From an uncultured Methanosarcinales archaeon (GTDB lineage Archaea; Nanobdellota; Nanobdellia; Woesearchaeales; GW2011-AR15), in assembly GCA_964537195.1 (NCBI GenBank), contig CAZHYZ010000002.1, positions 296 to 64,295 of the forward strand: a stretch of DNA of 64,000 nt, read 5' to 3'. The translations under genes were made by a program, and so were the position numbers. The first letter of the stretch is position 1, and each line of letters opens with the position of its first letter. The notes under the pieces were generated by a model that saw nothing but the letters and a program-made list of their open reading frames with translations, did not search any database and was not told where the DNA came from. Shown here in pieces: positions 19,748-28,550 of the stretch.

Positions 19748-20086
19748 ATGGGGGCTCCAGAAGAGTTAGATAAAGAAATAGAGAAACTAAAACATGTCCC
19801 GATGATAATTGTCGAAGGAAAAAAAGACATTAATTCCTTAAATGAATTTGGAATCACTAATGTAGTAGAGATTCGGGGTCCAATTTATTTATTCTGTGAA
19901 GATATTGCAAAAAAACACAAAATGGTTGCAATTCTTACTGATTTGGATAAAGAGGGAAAGAAGTTATATTCTAAATTAAAAAAAGGTCTGGAAAAAAACG
20001 GAGTTAAGATTGATGATGTTTTCAGAAATTTTCTGTTTGAAGAAACCAAGATAACTCAGATTGAAGGATTATCTAATCTTCTTTAG
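19748..20086 (+). CDS. Small Toprim-domain protein (RNase M5/small primase-like); start set at ATG 19748
   Basis: IIVEGKKD and ILTDLDKEG Toprim motifs. Confidence 0.85.
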   Translation: MGAPEELDKEIEKLKHVPMIIVEGKKDINSLNEFGITNVVEIRGPIYLFCEDIAKKHKMVAILTDLDKEGKKLYSKLKKGLEKNGVKIDDVFRNFLFEETKITQIEGLSNLL

Positions 20087-22042
20087 TTTTATTATTGCAA
20101 ACACAATTAAGCAACCAACACCAATTATCAATCCTGGAAGAATGTTTTTTGATTTTTCTGAAGAGGATTCATAAATGACATTAGATGTAATTGGGTTGGT
20201 GTTGTTCATGTTATCTTTTTCTCCATTCAAATCATTATCTTCTTTTTTTTGTATAACATTCAATGTTTTTGTAATTTCAAATGGTGTTTTTCTTCCTTGT
20301 TTTTTTAGTTTAATCTTTATTTTATACTCCCCTTCATCAATTTCTAACAAATCATTCTCTAAGATTATAATTTTATTAGTGTTGTTCAAGACAACAAGGG
20401 TTTTTTTGTTGGCTTCTCTTTCTGCCGGATAGGATTTTGGTCCCCTAAAAACATAACTCCAGACAGAATAATTAAGAGGGTAATTCTCTTTGTTAAATAT
20501 TTCAATAACAGAGAACACAATGTTTCCTGTAATGTTTCCAGAATAAGCAAGCAATTGAACTTCTGGGTGTGCCTTGTTTTTTTCCTCCTCTGTTACACAT
20601 TCTACTATATTATCAATATCAACTCCAACTTGTGTTTTTACATCAAGTCCTTCAACAAATAAAGTATATGTTCCTGACTCATATTTACAATCTTCTTTAA
20701 GTTGTATTGGAAGAGTAATATCGTGGGTTCTGAAAGTCTCATAGATGTTAAAATAAGTTGTATAACTAACTCGTTCTCCATCATTTTCAACGTATGCTTT
20801 TATTGAGTTCTTAGATGTGTCTCCTTTGTAAACAGACACTCTTGATTTGATTGGCGTTCCAAAAACAATTTCATTAGATACTGAATAAACATTAAGAATC
20901 TCGATTTTAGATTTGTTTTCTTTTATTCCTTTAAAAACAACTATTTTTTCTTGAACTGTGTTGTTGTTTGAATTATTACATATTGCAGTGGTCAAATTTG
21001 ATTTTACAATAAATACTTTTTCTAGTTTGTCAAAGTTTGGTGTGAATTTCTTTGTGTTTGTGTTTTGAGTTATCCTTTTGTTTTTAACAACATTACCAAA
21101 CAGATCTTCCACCCAATATTCTATTTGAAAAGGAAATGTTTCGTTAGAGATTTTATTTATTATACTAATCGTTTCTCCTTGACCATAGATTATTTTATCT
21201 GTTTCCATCTCTAAAAAAACATGACACGGAATGTTCCTGCTCTCGATTGCCGAAATGTTTTGACAGTATCTCAGAGAGGAGTTTTTAAAAAAAAGTTCCC
21301 CACAAATAACATATTCACCAGAGACACTTATATTAATTGTACCTGTTTTGGTGGTATAACTAATAAAGGTGTGTTGAGAGACGTCCTCCCAAAAAAAAGA
21401 TGTGTTGATGGCAGTTAAGTTTTTGTAAAGGGACACATTAACCTTTTCTTTATTTTCTGGATAATTTAGCTTCTTAATTTTGAAAGGGGACAGATAAATA
21501 ACTTCTGTAAAGATCTTTGGGGGAAGAATAAACTCTAACGCTATCTTTGGTTCCGATGGTTTTTCTTTGTTTTCTATAAAAAAACCTAACGGTGTGGGCT
21601 CTGTAACAACCCAGGACCCATTAATCAGCGAAATAGATTTACCTTTTTCAACATTCAGTGAATAAGTTTGATTAATAACTGTTTTGTTCCCCTTAATTAA
21701 CATGATCTTATCGCCTTTGTTTCCAAGACCGTTGCCTAACTCATTATCGTCTACACAAAAATATAATGAGTTGTTTTGTTTTGAAAACGTGTTACTTTGA
21801 TCAAGAAGGAGAAAAAAGTTGTTTTCTGGAACAGACAAATTACATTTTTGATGACCACAACAAGTAAGGGTATCTTTTTGATAATTGTCCATAAAGTAAT
21901 ATTTTGAGAGATTAATCTCTGTATCTGTATATATTTCGACCCACTCATTCCCGTCTGTTGGATTATACATTATTTCTGTCAATTCAATAGCGGAGACACT
22001 AAAAGAAAACAGGAGAAACACAACTAAAAAAAGCTTTTTCAT
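20069..22042 (-). CDS. Secreted, membrane-anchored surface protein with an N-terminal lamin-tail domain
   Basis: Signal peptide; IELTEIMYNP...EWVEIY...LGNKGDKI lamin-tail motifs; beta-rich middle domains; C-terminal TM helix followed by KLKKIR. Confidence 0.75.
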   Translation of the reverse strand: MKKLFLVVFLLFSFSVSAIELTEIMYNPTDGNEWVEIYTDTEINLSKYYFMDNYQKDTLTCCGHQKCNLSVPENNFFLLLDQSNTFSKQNNSLYFCVDDNELGNGLGNKGDKIMLIKGNKTVINQTYSLNVEKGKSISLINGSWVVTEPTPLGFFIENKEKPSEPKIALEFILPPKIFTEVIYLSPFKIKKLNYPENKEKVNVSLYKNLTAINTSFFWEDVSQHTFISYTTKTGTINISVSGEYVICGELFFKNSSLRYCQNISAIESRNIPCHVFLEMETDKIIYGQGETISIINKISNETFPFQIEYWVEDLFGNVVKNKRITQNTNTKKFTPNFDKLEKVFIVKSNLTTAICNNSNNNTVQEKIVVFKGIKENKSKIEILNVYSVSNEIVFGTPIKSRVSVYKGDTSKNSIKAYVENDGERVSYTTYFNIYETFRTHDITLPIQLKEDCKYESGTYTLFVEGLDVKTQVGVDIDNIVECVTEEEKNKAHPEVQLLAYSGNITGNIVFSVIEIFNKENYPLNYSVWSYVFRGPKSYPAEREANKKTLVVLNNTNKIIILENDLLEIDEGEYKIKIKLKKQGRKTPFEITKTLNVIQKKEDNDLNGEKDNMNNTNPITSNVIYESSSEKSKNILPGLIIGVGCLIVFAIIKLKKIR

Positions 22043-22178
22043 GTCTTCTGTTCATCTTCTCTATTTTATATATTTTACTAAAATATTAGTATTAATAATA
22101 TGGAGTAGGTTGTTTTTTGTTGTTTTTCTACAAACAAAAAGCTTTAAAAAGTCTAATAAACTTATTTCTGGTAAGAAA

Positions 22179-23018
22179 ATGGGGTTTTTTGATAGTTTTA
22201 AAAAAAAGGCAGGTGAACAGAGTAATAAAGAGTCTTCTGAACAAATGCCACCTCCACCTAAAGCCAACATACCAAATGTGATTAAACCTCCAGAAAATTC
22301 TCAAATGCCGGCGCCTCCTCAAAAAAAAGAAGTTCCTGGAACTCCCGAACAACAAATTCCGCCCTTGCCACAGTCTAACCAACTAGAGAATCCTCCAAAA
22401 ATGCCTTCTCAATCTGCACCATACCTGAAAAAAGCAATCGCACCTGCTAAAAAAACAGACCTCCCATCACTTCCTCAACAAAATCCTGATCCTTTGTTCC
22501 AACCCTCGCCAGTAACTTCCCAAACCGCACCTTCTTCACCAAGTTTGCCAGAAGAAAAGAAACGTTCTGGTGTCCAGAAAGATCTTACTAATCTGCCAGC
22601 AAGAAACAATATTCAAAACCTGCCCCCTAGATTGCCCGAATTGCCTCAAAAGCTAATAAAAAGAGAGCTCCCAAAATATAATGTAAAGGAGATACCTTCT
22701 TTTGATATTGAACAAGAAATAGAAATGCCTATTCTTGAAGATCTTCCTTTACTAGATGTTGAGGAAAGAGAAGAAATTTATAAGAATTACAGACACAAAC
22801 ACATAAATAAACCTCTTTTTATTAGAACAGACGAATACAAAGAAGTTTTAGAGACTGTAAACAATTTTAAGAACTACTTATCTAATTCATTAGAGATGTT
22901 ATCCTCATTAGAAACACTGAAGAGAAACACAGACATGGAGCATAAAACATACAAAGAATCTCTTGAAGATATTCAAAGAAAACTAATTTATGTAGATAAA
23001 ACCCTTTTCAGTAGTTAG
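22179..23018 (+). CDS. Pro-rich protein with C-terminal helical hairpin (start set at ATG 22179, MGFFDSFKKK)
   Basis: Amphipathic N-terminus, long P/Q-rich linker, C-terminal domain similar to the next gene. Confidence 0.7.
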   Translation: MGFFDSFKKKAGEQSNKESSEQMPPPPKANIPNVIKPPENSQMPAPPQKKEVPGTPEQQIPPLPQSNQLENPPKMPSQSAPYLKKAIAPAKKTDLPSLPQQNPDPLFQPSPVTSQTAPSSPSLPEEKKRSGVQKDLTNLPARNNIQNLPPRLPELPQKLIKRELPKYNVKEIPSFDIEQEIEMPILEDLPLLDVEEREEIYKNYRHKHINKPLFIRTDEYKEVLETVNNFKNYLSNSLEMLSSLETLKRNTDMEHKTYKESLEDIQRKLIYVDKTLFSS

Positions 23019-23030
23019 GAGGACAAATTC

Positions 23031-23258
23031 ATGAAAAAAGACAAAAATGTGTTCGTGAAAATCGATGAATATAATGATATCCTTGATATTATTGCACTTG
23101 TGAATGCAAAAGTCAAAGAAGCTAGAACCACACTAAATAAAATCTACGACTTAAAGAATCAGGAAGATTCGGAACTTGAATCCTGGCAAGAAAGCTTAGA
23201 TGAAGTAGAAAGAAAACTAAAGTACATTGATCAAACCTTGTTTGAACCGAGATATTGA
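23031..23258 (+). CDS. Small helical-hairpin/coiled-coil protein of unknown function
   Basis: GGAGG Shine-Dalgarno upstream; VFVKIDEY...RKLKYIDQTLF is paralogous to the C-terminus of the upstream gene. Confidence 0.75.
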   Translation: MKKDKNVFVKIDEYNDILDIIALVNAKVKEARTTLNKIYDLKNQEDSELESWQESLDEVERKLKYIDQTLFEPRY

Positions 23259-23261
23259 AAA

Positions 23262-23597
23262 ATGAGCAAAGATTTTTTTGTTGGAATCTACGATCCCGTG
23301 GATGTTAGGAGAAACCTTCTTGAAAGTTCTAAATGTATTATTAAATCTCTTAAATCCTCAGATGAACTTAGTAACATAAGGGAAAAAAAGTTAAAATATT
23401 ATAAAAGGATGAGAAGAACGATGGAAGAACTTCACATTCTCATAGATAAATTAAAAGAACAATTGCCCAGGTCATATTTTGAAGAATCTGAGACAGGAAA
23501 GGGGGGGAAAAAAACAAAATCCAAAGTAACAAAAGAGCTTGAAAAATTAGACAAACAACTACAACAAGTCGAAAAAGAGCTTTCTTCGCTCAAATAA
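23262..23597 (+). CDS. Small coiled-coil protein of unknown function
   Basis: FFVGIYDP beta-start followed by long helices; tightly packed with the two preceding genes. Confidence 0.7.
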   Translation: MSKDFFVGIYDPVDVRRNLLESSKCIIKSLKSSDELSNIREKKLKYYKRMRRTMEELHILIDKLKEQLPRSYFEESETGKGGKKTKSKVTKELEKLDKQLQQVEKELSSLK

Positions 23598-23633
23598 ACA
23601 AATATAAAAATACAATCTAGATTTCTCTAATTA

Positions 23634-24305
23634 ATGAAGACTTTTGTAATTATCCCTGCTTACAATGAAGAAAAAAGAATTGGTTCTGTACTTAAAGAGT
23701 TAAAAAAGAGATACAAATTTGTTGTTGTCGTGGATGATGGATCTAAAGACAAGACTTACCTTATTTCAAAAAAACACACCCAATATGTTCTGCGGCATGT
23801 TATAAACAGGGGGCAAGGAGCTGCCCTAAAAACAGGTATTGATTTTGCTCTAGAAAACGGTGCAGACATAATCGTAACGTTTGATGCTGATGGACAATTC
23901 CTTGTAAAAGAAATAAAAGACCTAGTAAAACCAATTAAGAAAAAAGAAGTAGACGTTGCGCTTGGCTCTAGGTTTCTAGGAAAAACCATTAACATGCCCT
24001 TTCTTAAAAAAGTTGTTTTAAAGATTGGTGTTGTTGTCATATTTGTTTTATATGGTATGAGAATTACAGACTCGCAATGTGGTTTTCGTGCTTTCTCAAA
24101 AACTGCTGCTAGAAATTTGGAGATAAAAGCGGATAAAATGGAACATGCTGGAGAAATACTCTCCGAAATAATGAGAAAGAAACTTAAATATAAAGAGATA
24201 CCTATAACTGTAATATATGATGAGTACTCTTTAGAAAAAGGCCAAAGTTGGTCGAAGAGTATTGCACTCGGCATAAGAATGTTGTTTAAGAGGTTAGTTA
24301 AATAA
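23634..24305 (+). CDS. Glycosyltransferase family 2 (DPM-synthase-like)
   Basis: IIPAYNEE, VVVDDGSKD, NRGQGAA, FDADGQ, DSQCGFR. Confidence 0.93.
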   Translation: MKTFVIIPAYNEEKRIGSVLKELKKRYKFVVVVDDGSKDKTYLISKKHTQYVLRHVINRGQGAALKTGIDFALENGADIIVTFDADGQFLVKEIKDLVKPIKKKEVDVALGSRFLGKTINMPFLKKVVLKIGVVVIFVLYGMRITDSQCGFRAFSKTAARNLEIKADKMEHAGEILSEIMRKKLKYKEIPITVIYDEYSLEKGQSWSKSIALGIRMLFKRLVK

Positions 24306-24306
24306 A

Positions 24307-24648
24307 ATGATTACTCCTGTACAAATAATCGCTTTAATCTTTGTAACTTTTGCTGCCAGTAGGGCCATACTTCGAGCAAAGGACAAAAAAATCACTTTTG
24401 GAGAATTAATTTTTTGGTTAGGCATATGGAGCGGACTTGTTTTTGTGGTATTCTTCCCAGATGTAACAACTCGAATTGCTAAACTTGTTGGAATAGGGAG
24501 GGGGATTGATGTTATAGTTTACATAAGTATATCCCTTTTATTCTATCTAATTTTTAGGTTATATGTGAAAATCGAAGAAACAGAAAGTGAGATAACAAAG
24601 CTTGTAAGAGAGATCTCATTGATGGATAAAAAAAAGAAGAAAAAATGA
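24307..24648 (+). CDS. DUF2304-family small membrane protein
   Basis: Three TM segments with GIGRGID motif and C-terminal EITKLVREI; usual partner of GT2. Confidence 0.85.
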   Translation: MITPVQIIALIFVTFAASRAILRAKDKKITFGELIFWLGIWSGLVFVVFFPDVTTRIAKLVGIGRGIDVIVYISISLLFYLIFRLYVKIEETESEITKLVREISLMDKKKKKK

Positions 24649-25799
24649 ATGTCTTACTTTTGACAGAATATTTTCCTGCTTCTCTAAAAGGAGAAATAAC
24701 TGGGGGTGTCGAATCAAGGGTATTTAACATTGCTAAGGGCCTGGCCAAAAAACACAAAGTAAGAATAATGACTTCTTGGAGAAACAACCTAAAAAGACAT
24801 GAGTTTTTTGAAAATATTGAAGTGATCCGGGTTGGGCCGGAGCACAAATACTCTAACTATGGGGGATTTGTTTCTAGGTTGTTATTTGCGCGTGCTGTTT
24901 GTAAAAAGGGGGCCTCTTTAGAAAACGTTGAACTGGTACATGGTTTCAACTTTACAACATACCTGCCAGCATACAAAATAGCAAAAAAAATAGATAAAAA
25001 AGTTGTGATTACATATCACGAAACCTGGGTAAATGAATGGATTAAGAATAAGGGGTTGGTCTCTGGTTTTCCATACGAATTATATGAAAGATTTCTTTTG
25101 AAACTAGACTATGATTCTATAATCAGTGTAAGTGAATTCACAAAAAAAAGATTGATTCGGGCCGGAATCCACAAAAAAAAGATTGAAGTTATTCCTAATG
25201 GAATTGATTTTTCTTATCTGAATAATTTGAAATCAAAGAAATATAACTCCCCAACTATTTGTTTTGTTGGAAGATTAGTTAAAACAAAAAATGTTGAAGT
25301 TCTCATCAATGCAATAAAAATAATAAAAGCTAGAATTCCAGACATTAAGTGTAAAATAATTGGAAAGGGGCCTGAGGAAAACAAACTAAAAAATTTGGTT
25401 AAAAGATTAAACTTGGTTAATACTATTGAATTTCTTGGTTTTTTGCCAAATTATGAGGATGTTGTAAAAACATTGCGTTCGTCACATATTTTCTGCTTCC
25501 CTAGTACTGTGGAGGGGTTTGGGATTGTAATGATAGAATCCATGGCACTAAAGACCCCTTATGTTTGCTCAGACATTCCGGTTCTAAAGGAGATAACGCA
25601 AAACGGAAAGGGCGGGGAAATTTTCAAGAAGAACGAGTCTAATGACTTAGCAAAAAAAGTACTGAGTCTCTTAACAAATAAAAAAGAATATAGAAAAAAA
25701 CAGAAAGAAGCAGAAGAACTAGCTAAGAAGTATGATTGGAAAACTGTTGTAAAAATGGTTGAAAAAAGATACGAAAAAGTAATCAAGACAAAACAATAA
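24645..25799 (+). CDS. Glycosyltransferase family 4 (GT-B)
   Basis: GGVESRV, VIPNGID, FVGRLVKTKNV, PSTVEGFGIVMIESMA. Confidence 0.93.
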   Translation: MNVLLLTEYFPASLKGEITGGVESRVFNIAKGLAKKHKVRIMTSWRNNLKRHEFFENIEVIRVGPEHKYSNYGGFVSRLLFARAVCKKGASLENVELVHGFNFTTYLPAYKIAKKIDKKVVITYHETWVNEWIKNKGLVSGFPYELYERFLLKLDYDSIISVSEFTKKRLIRAGIHKKKIEVIPNGIDFSYLNNLKSKKYNSPTICFVGRLVKTKNVEVLINAIKIIKARIPDIKCKIIGKGPEENKLKNLVKRLNLVNTIEFLGFLPNYEDVVKTLRSSHIFCFPSTVEGFGIVMIESMALKTPYVCSDIPVLKEITQNGKGGEIFKKNESNDLAKKVLSLLTNKKEYRKKQKEAEELAKKYDWKTVVKMVEKRYEKVIKTKQ

Positions 25800-25844
25800 A
25801 ACTTAAATATCTCTAAAACATAACTATGTTATAGCACATAAAAT

Positions 25845-25970
25845 GTGCTGGGTGGGGGGAGGTAAGCTCGATCCTGGAGCCCATGCCAATTTTCAAACAT
25901 GAAAAACATGTGTAGAACTTTGGTTTAATGCCCAGGCGGGATGTGAAAAATCCTATGTGGGCTTCCCCAC
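25845..25970 (+). ncRNA. Candidate structured non-coding RNA of unknown class
   Basis: GC-rich stretch in AT-rich DNA with nested pairings (GTGGGG/CCCCAC, AAGCTC/GGGCTT, CCTGG/CCAGG, ACATG/CATGT, GGAT/ATCC); TATA-like CTTAAATA at 25802-25809. The strand is inferred. Confidence 0.4.
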
Positions 25971-26621
25971 TTTTAATATTATTACTAATTCTCCTTTTAT
26001 TTTTCTGCCCTTAATTGTTTCATGTACATCTTTTGCAGGTCCCCTAATAAATTCCTCGAATTTTTTTGTGAGTTCCCTAGCTATTACAACTTCTGCATAA
26101 GGTAACTCTTTTGAAAGTAAACTCACAGTAGAAGCTATCCTGTGAGGTGATTCAAAAAAAACAGCGGTCTCTAAACGTTTTTTAAACAGATTAATTAAGT
26201 TTTTTTTCCCAGATTTTTTCTTTGGGAAGAATCCATAAAAAGTAAATCTGTCTGTTGGTAATCCAGAACACACAAGTCCTGCTAATATGGCTGAAGGACC
26301 CGGAACAGGAGATACAACAATGTCTTTTTTTATGCATGCTCTAATTAAATAAAAACCTGGGTCGCTTATTCCGGGAGAACCGGCATCACTCACCAAAGCA
26401 ATATCATGTCTCCTCAGATCTTCCAAAATCCTTGGTGTCTTTTTCTCTTTGTTATGGTCATTATAGGACACAAGTTTATTTTTTATATCGTGTCTTAATA
26501 AAAGTTTTGCAGTTCTTCTTGTGTCTTCCGCCAATACATAATCAACACAATTTAGTATGGATAACGCTCTATGTGTGATGTCCTCCATATTCCCGATGGG
26601 TGTAGAAACTACATATAACAT
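25953..26621 (-). CDS. rsmI: 16S rRNA (cytidine1402-2'-O)-methyltransferase, bacterial type
   Basis: LYVVSTPIGNMEDI, AEDTR, LVSDAGSPGISDPG, FFESPHR, RELTKKFEE. Confidence 0.94.
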   Translation of the reverse strand: MLYVVSTPIGNMEDITHRALSILNCVDYVLAEDTRRTAKLLLRHDIKNKLVSYNDHNKEKKTPRILEDLRRHDIALVSDAGSPGISDPGFYLIRACIKKDIVVSPVPGPSAILAGLVCSGLPTDRFTFYGFFPKKKSGKKNLINLFKKRLETAVFFESPHRIASTVSLLSKELPYAEVVIARELTKKFEEFIRGPAKDVHETIKGRKIKGELVIILKVGKPT

Positions 26622-26649
26622 GTGTGTATGAAAATGTGTTTTGTTTTTA

Positions 26650-26844
26650 TTATTTTATGAATTTATAGAAATACTTGTTACCTACCAGTTTGAATTCAAG
26701 TGTTTCTTTCTCTGTTTTTCTAAGTTTTTTCAGATTATTAGTTACAGAACCTAAAGAAACATTTAATCCCTGTGCTATTTGTTTGGAAGTATACCACTTT
26801 CCTTTGTGATTTTTGAGAAAAGTGTAGACTTCTTGTTGTCCCAT
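26650..26844 (-). CDS. Small winged-helix DNA-binding protein
   Basis: 64 aa; TSKQIAQGLNVSLGSVTNNLKKL helix-turn-helix plus wing. Confidence 0.75.
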   Translation of the reverse strand: MGQQEVYTFLKNHKGKWYTSKQIAQGLNVSLGSVTNNLKKLRKTEKETLEFKLVGNKYFYKFIK

Positions 26845-26942
26845 GAAGTAAAATATGAGATAAGTGATTAATAAACTTTTGTAGTAATTGTGTCTGAGTA
26901 AAAAAACAAAGTTTTTTAATCGCTCATATGTTTTAATTATGT

Positions 26943-27389
26943 ATGAAATGTCCTTATTGTGAAAGTGAGAAGACTCGGGTTGTAGACAAAAGAGAAACAG
27001 ATAATGGTTGTGTTACTAGAAGAAGAAGAGAGTGTCTTGTCTGTGAAAAAAGATTCACAACTTATGAAAGAGTTGAAACAATTCCTTTGTTTGTGGTGAA
27101 AAAAGATGGTGCTAGAGAGGAATTTGAAAAAACTAAGATAGAAAGAGGCATTCTCAAGGCCTGTGAAAAAAGGCCTGTGAGTGCAGAAGAAATACAAAAT
27201 ATTGTAAATGAAGTAGAATCACATCTTATAAATAGAGACTCCCCTGAAATCCCCACCCACATTATTGGCAGAATGGTGATGCATAGATTAAAGAAATTGG
27301 ACAAAGTTGCGTATATTAGGTTTGCCTCAGTATATAAGGATTTCAAGGATCCTGAAGAATTTGAGGAGGAACTTGATAAATTAAAATAA
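26943..27389 (+). CDS. nrdR: Transcriptional repressor NrdR
   Basis: MKCPYC...VVDKR...RRRRECLVCEKRFTTYE Zn ribbon, ATP cone, VAYIRFASVY. Confidence 0.96.
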   Translation: MKCPYCESEKTRVVDKRETDNGCVTRRRRECLVCEKRFTTYERVETIPLFVVKKDGAREEFEKTKIERGILKACEKRPVSAEEIQNIVNEVESHLINRDSPEIPTHIIGRMVMHRLKKLDKVAYIRFASVYKDFKDPEEFEEELDKLK

Positions 27390-27418
27390 GCTGATTCTTT
27401 AGTTAATTTTATAAAATA

Positions 27419-27432
27419 TTAACAATTGTTAA
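27419..27432. promoter_or_regulatory. Perfect 14-bp palindrome, candidate operator of the suf operon
   Basis: TTAACAATTGTTAA directly downstream of TATA-like TTTTATAAA (27407-27415) and abutting the regulator start. Confidence 0.55.
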
Positions 27433-27795
27433 GTGACTATGAAGACCCCTCAAGAAATACAAGTTTGGCATATTCTTCCTGCATTAAGAAAACACATTGC
27501 ACTTGGACTGAAAGAAAAAAAACTGAAACAAAAAGATATAGCTTCCCTGCTCGGGCTAACCGAGTCTGCTATCAGTCAATATCTTAAAAAAAAGCGAGGA
27601 AATGAAATAATTTTTCCAAATGAAATAAAGAAAGAGATATCTTTGTCTGTGGAAAAGATTTCAGAAAACAAAACAACTGTTCACAAAGAAATACAAAAAC
27701 TAATTAGAAAAATGGATCGCTCTGGGTTTTTGTGCAATATTTGTCACTGTTATCTGGGAACAGATATTTCTTGTGATGTATGTCATGAAAGGTGA
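27433..27795 (+). CDS. XRE-type HTH transcriptional regulator with a C-terminal Cys/His cluster
   Basis: QKDIASLLGLTESAISQYL HTH; CNICHC...CDVCH tail; first gene of the suf operon. Confidence 0.8.
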   Translation: MTMKTPQEIQVWHILPALRKHIALGLKEKKLKQKDIASLLGLTESAISQYLKKKRGNEIIFPNEIKKEISLSVEKISENKTTVHKEIQKLIRKMDRSGFLCNICHCYLGTDISCDVCHER

Positions 27796-27800
27796 GAGAT

Positions 27801-28544
27801 ATGCTTGAAATAGAAGATTTACATATTAATGTTGATGGGAAAGAAATTATTAAAGGATTAGACTTAAAAATTAAAAAAGGAGAAATCCATGCTCTAATGG
27901 GGCCAAATGGTTCTGGAAAAAGTACTTTGGCTTTTGGTCTTATGGGACACCCGAAATATGAAATAACTAAAGGTAATGTTGTGGTTGATAAAACCAATGT
28001 GCTCGATTTAGATGTGAGCCAAAGAGCAAAAGCAGGGTTGTTTTTGTCTTTCCAATATCCAAGTGAGATATCTGGTGTTTCTCTGGCAAACTTTCTAAGA
28101 ACTGCCTACAATCAAGTCAAAAGTAAGGATAAAGATGACAAGATTGGTGTTATGGATTTTATGAAACTGTTGTATGAGAAAATGGATCTTCTCAAGATGG
28201 ACAAAGAATTTGCCAAAAGACATGTAAATGTAGGTTTTTCGGGAGGAGAAAAGAAAAGAACAGAAATTTTACAAATGGCTGTTCTAGAACCCAAATTTGC
28301 AATCTTAGATGAAACTGATTCTGGATTAGACATTGATGCACTAAAAGTTGTTGCAGATGGTGTACAAAAATTGGTTGGACCAACGATGGGAGTACTTATT
28401 ATTACCCATTATCAAAGAATTCTTCACCACATAAAACCTGACAAAGTACACGTTCTTGTTGATGGTAAAATTGTAAAAACCGGCGGACGAAAACTTGCAG
28501 AAGAAATTGAAGAAAGAGGGTATGAAGATTTGCAAAAAAGGTGA
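27801..28544 (+). CDS. sufC: Fe-S cluster assembly ATPase SufC (start set at 27801 after AGGTGA)
   Basis: MGPNGSGKST, FLSFQYPSEI, GFSGGEKKR, ILDETDSGLDID. Confidence 0.97.
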   Translation: MLEIEDLHINVDGKEIIKGLDLKIKKGEIHALMGPNGSGKSTLAFGLMGHPKYEITKGNVVVDKTNVLDLDVSQRAKAGLFLSFQYPSEISGVSLANFLRTAYNQVKSKDKDDKIGVMDFMKLLYEKMDLLKMDKEFAKRHVNVGFSGGEKKRTEILQMAVLEPKFAILDETDSGLDIDALKVVADGVQKLVGPTMGVLIITHYQRILHHIKPDKVHVLVDGKIVKTGGRKLAEEIEERGYEDLQKR

Positions 28545-28550
28545 ATTGGT

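Noticed and set aside
25845-25970. Assignment of the GC-rich element as 5S rRNA, RNase P RNA, tRNA, TPP riboswitch or HDV ribozyme
   Set aside because: Only fragments match (CCCATGCC as in 5S loop C, GAGGTAAGCTC as in RNase P CR-I). Helix III closure, P2/P3 and CR-V, the T-loop, the CTGAGA motif and HDV P2 are all missing.
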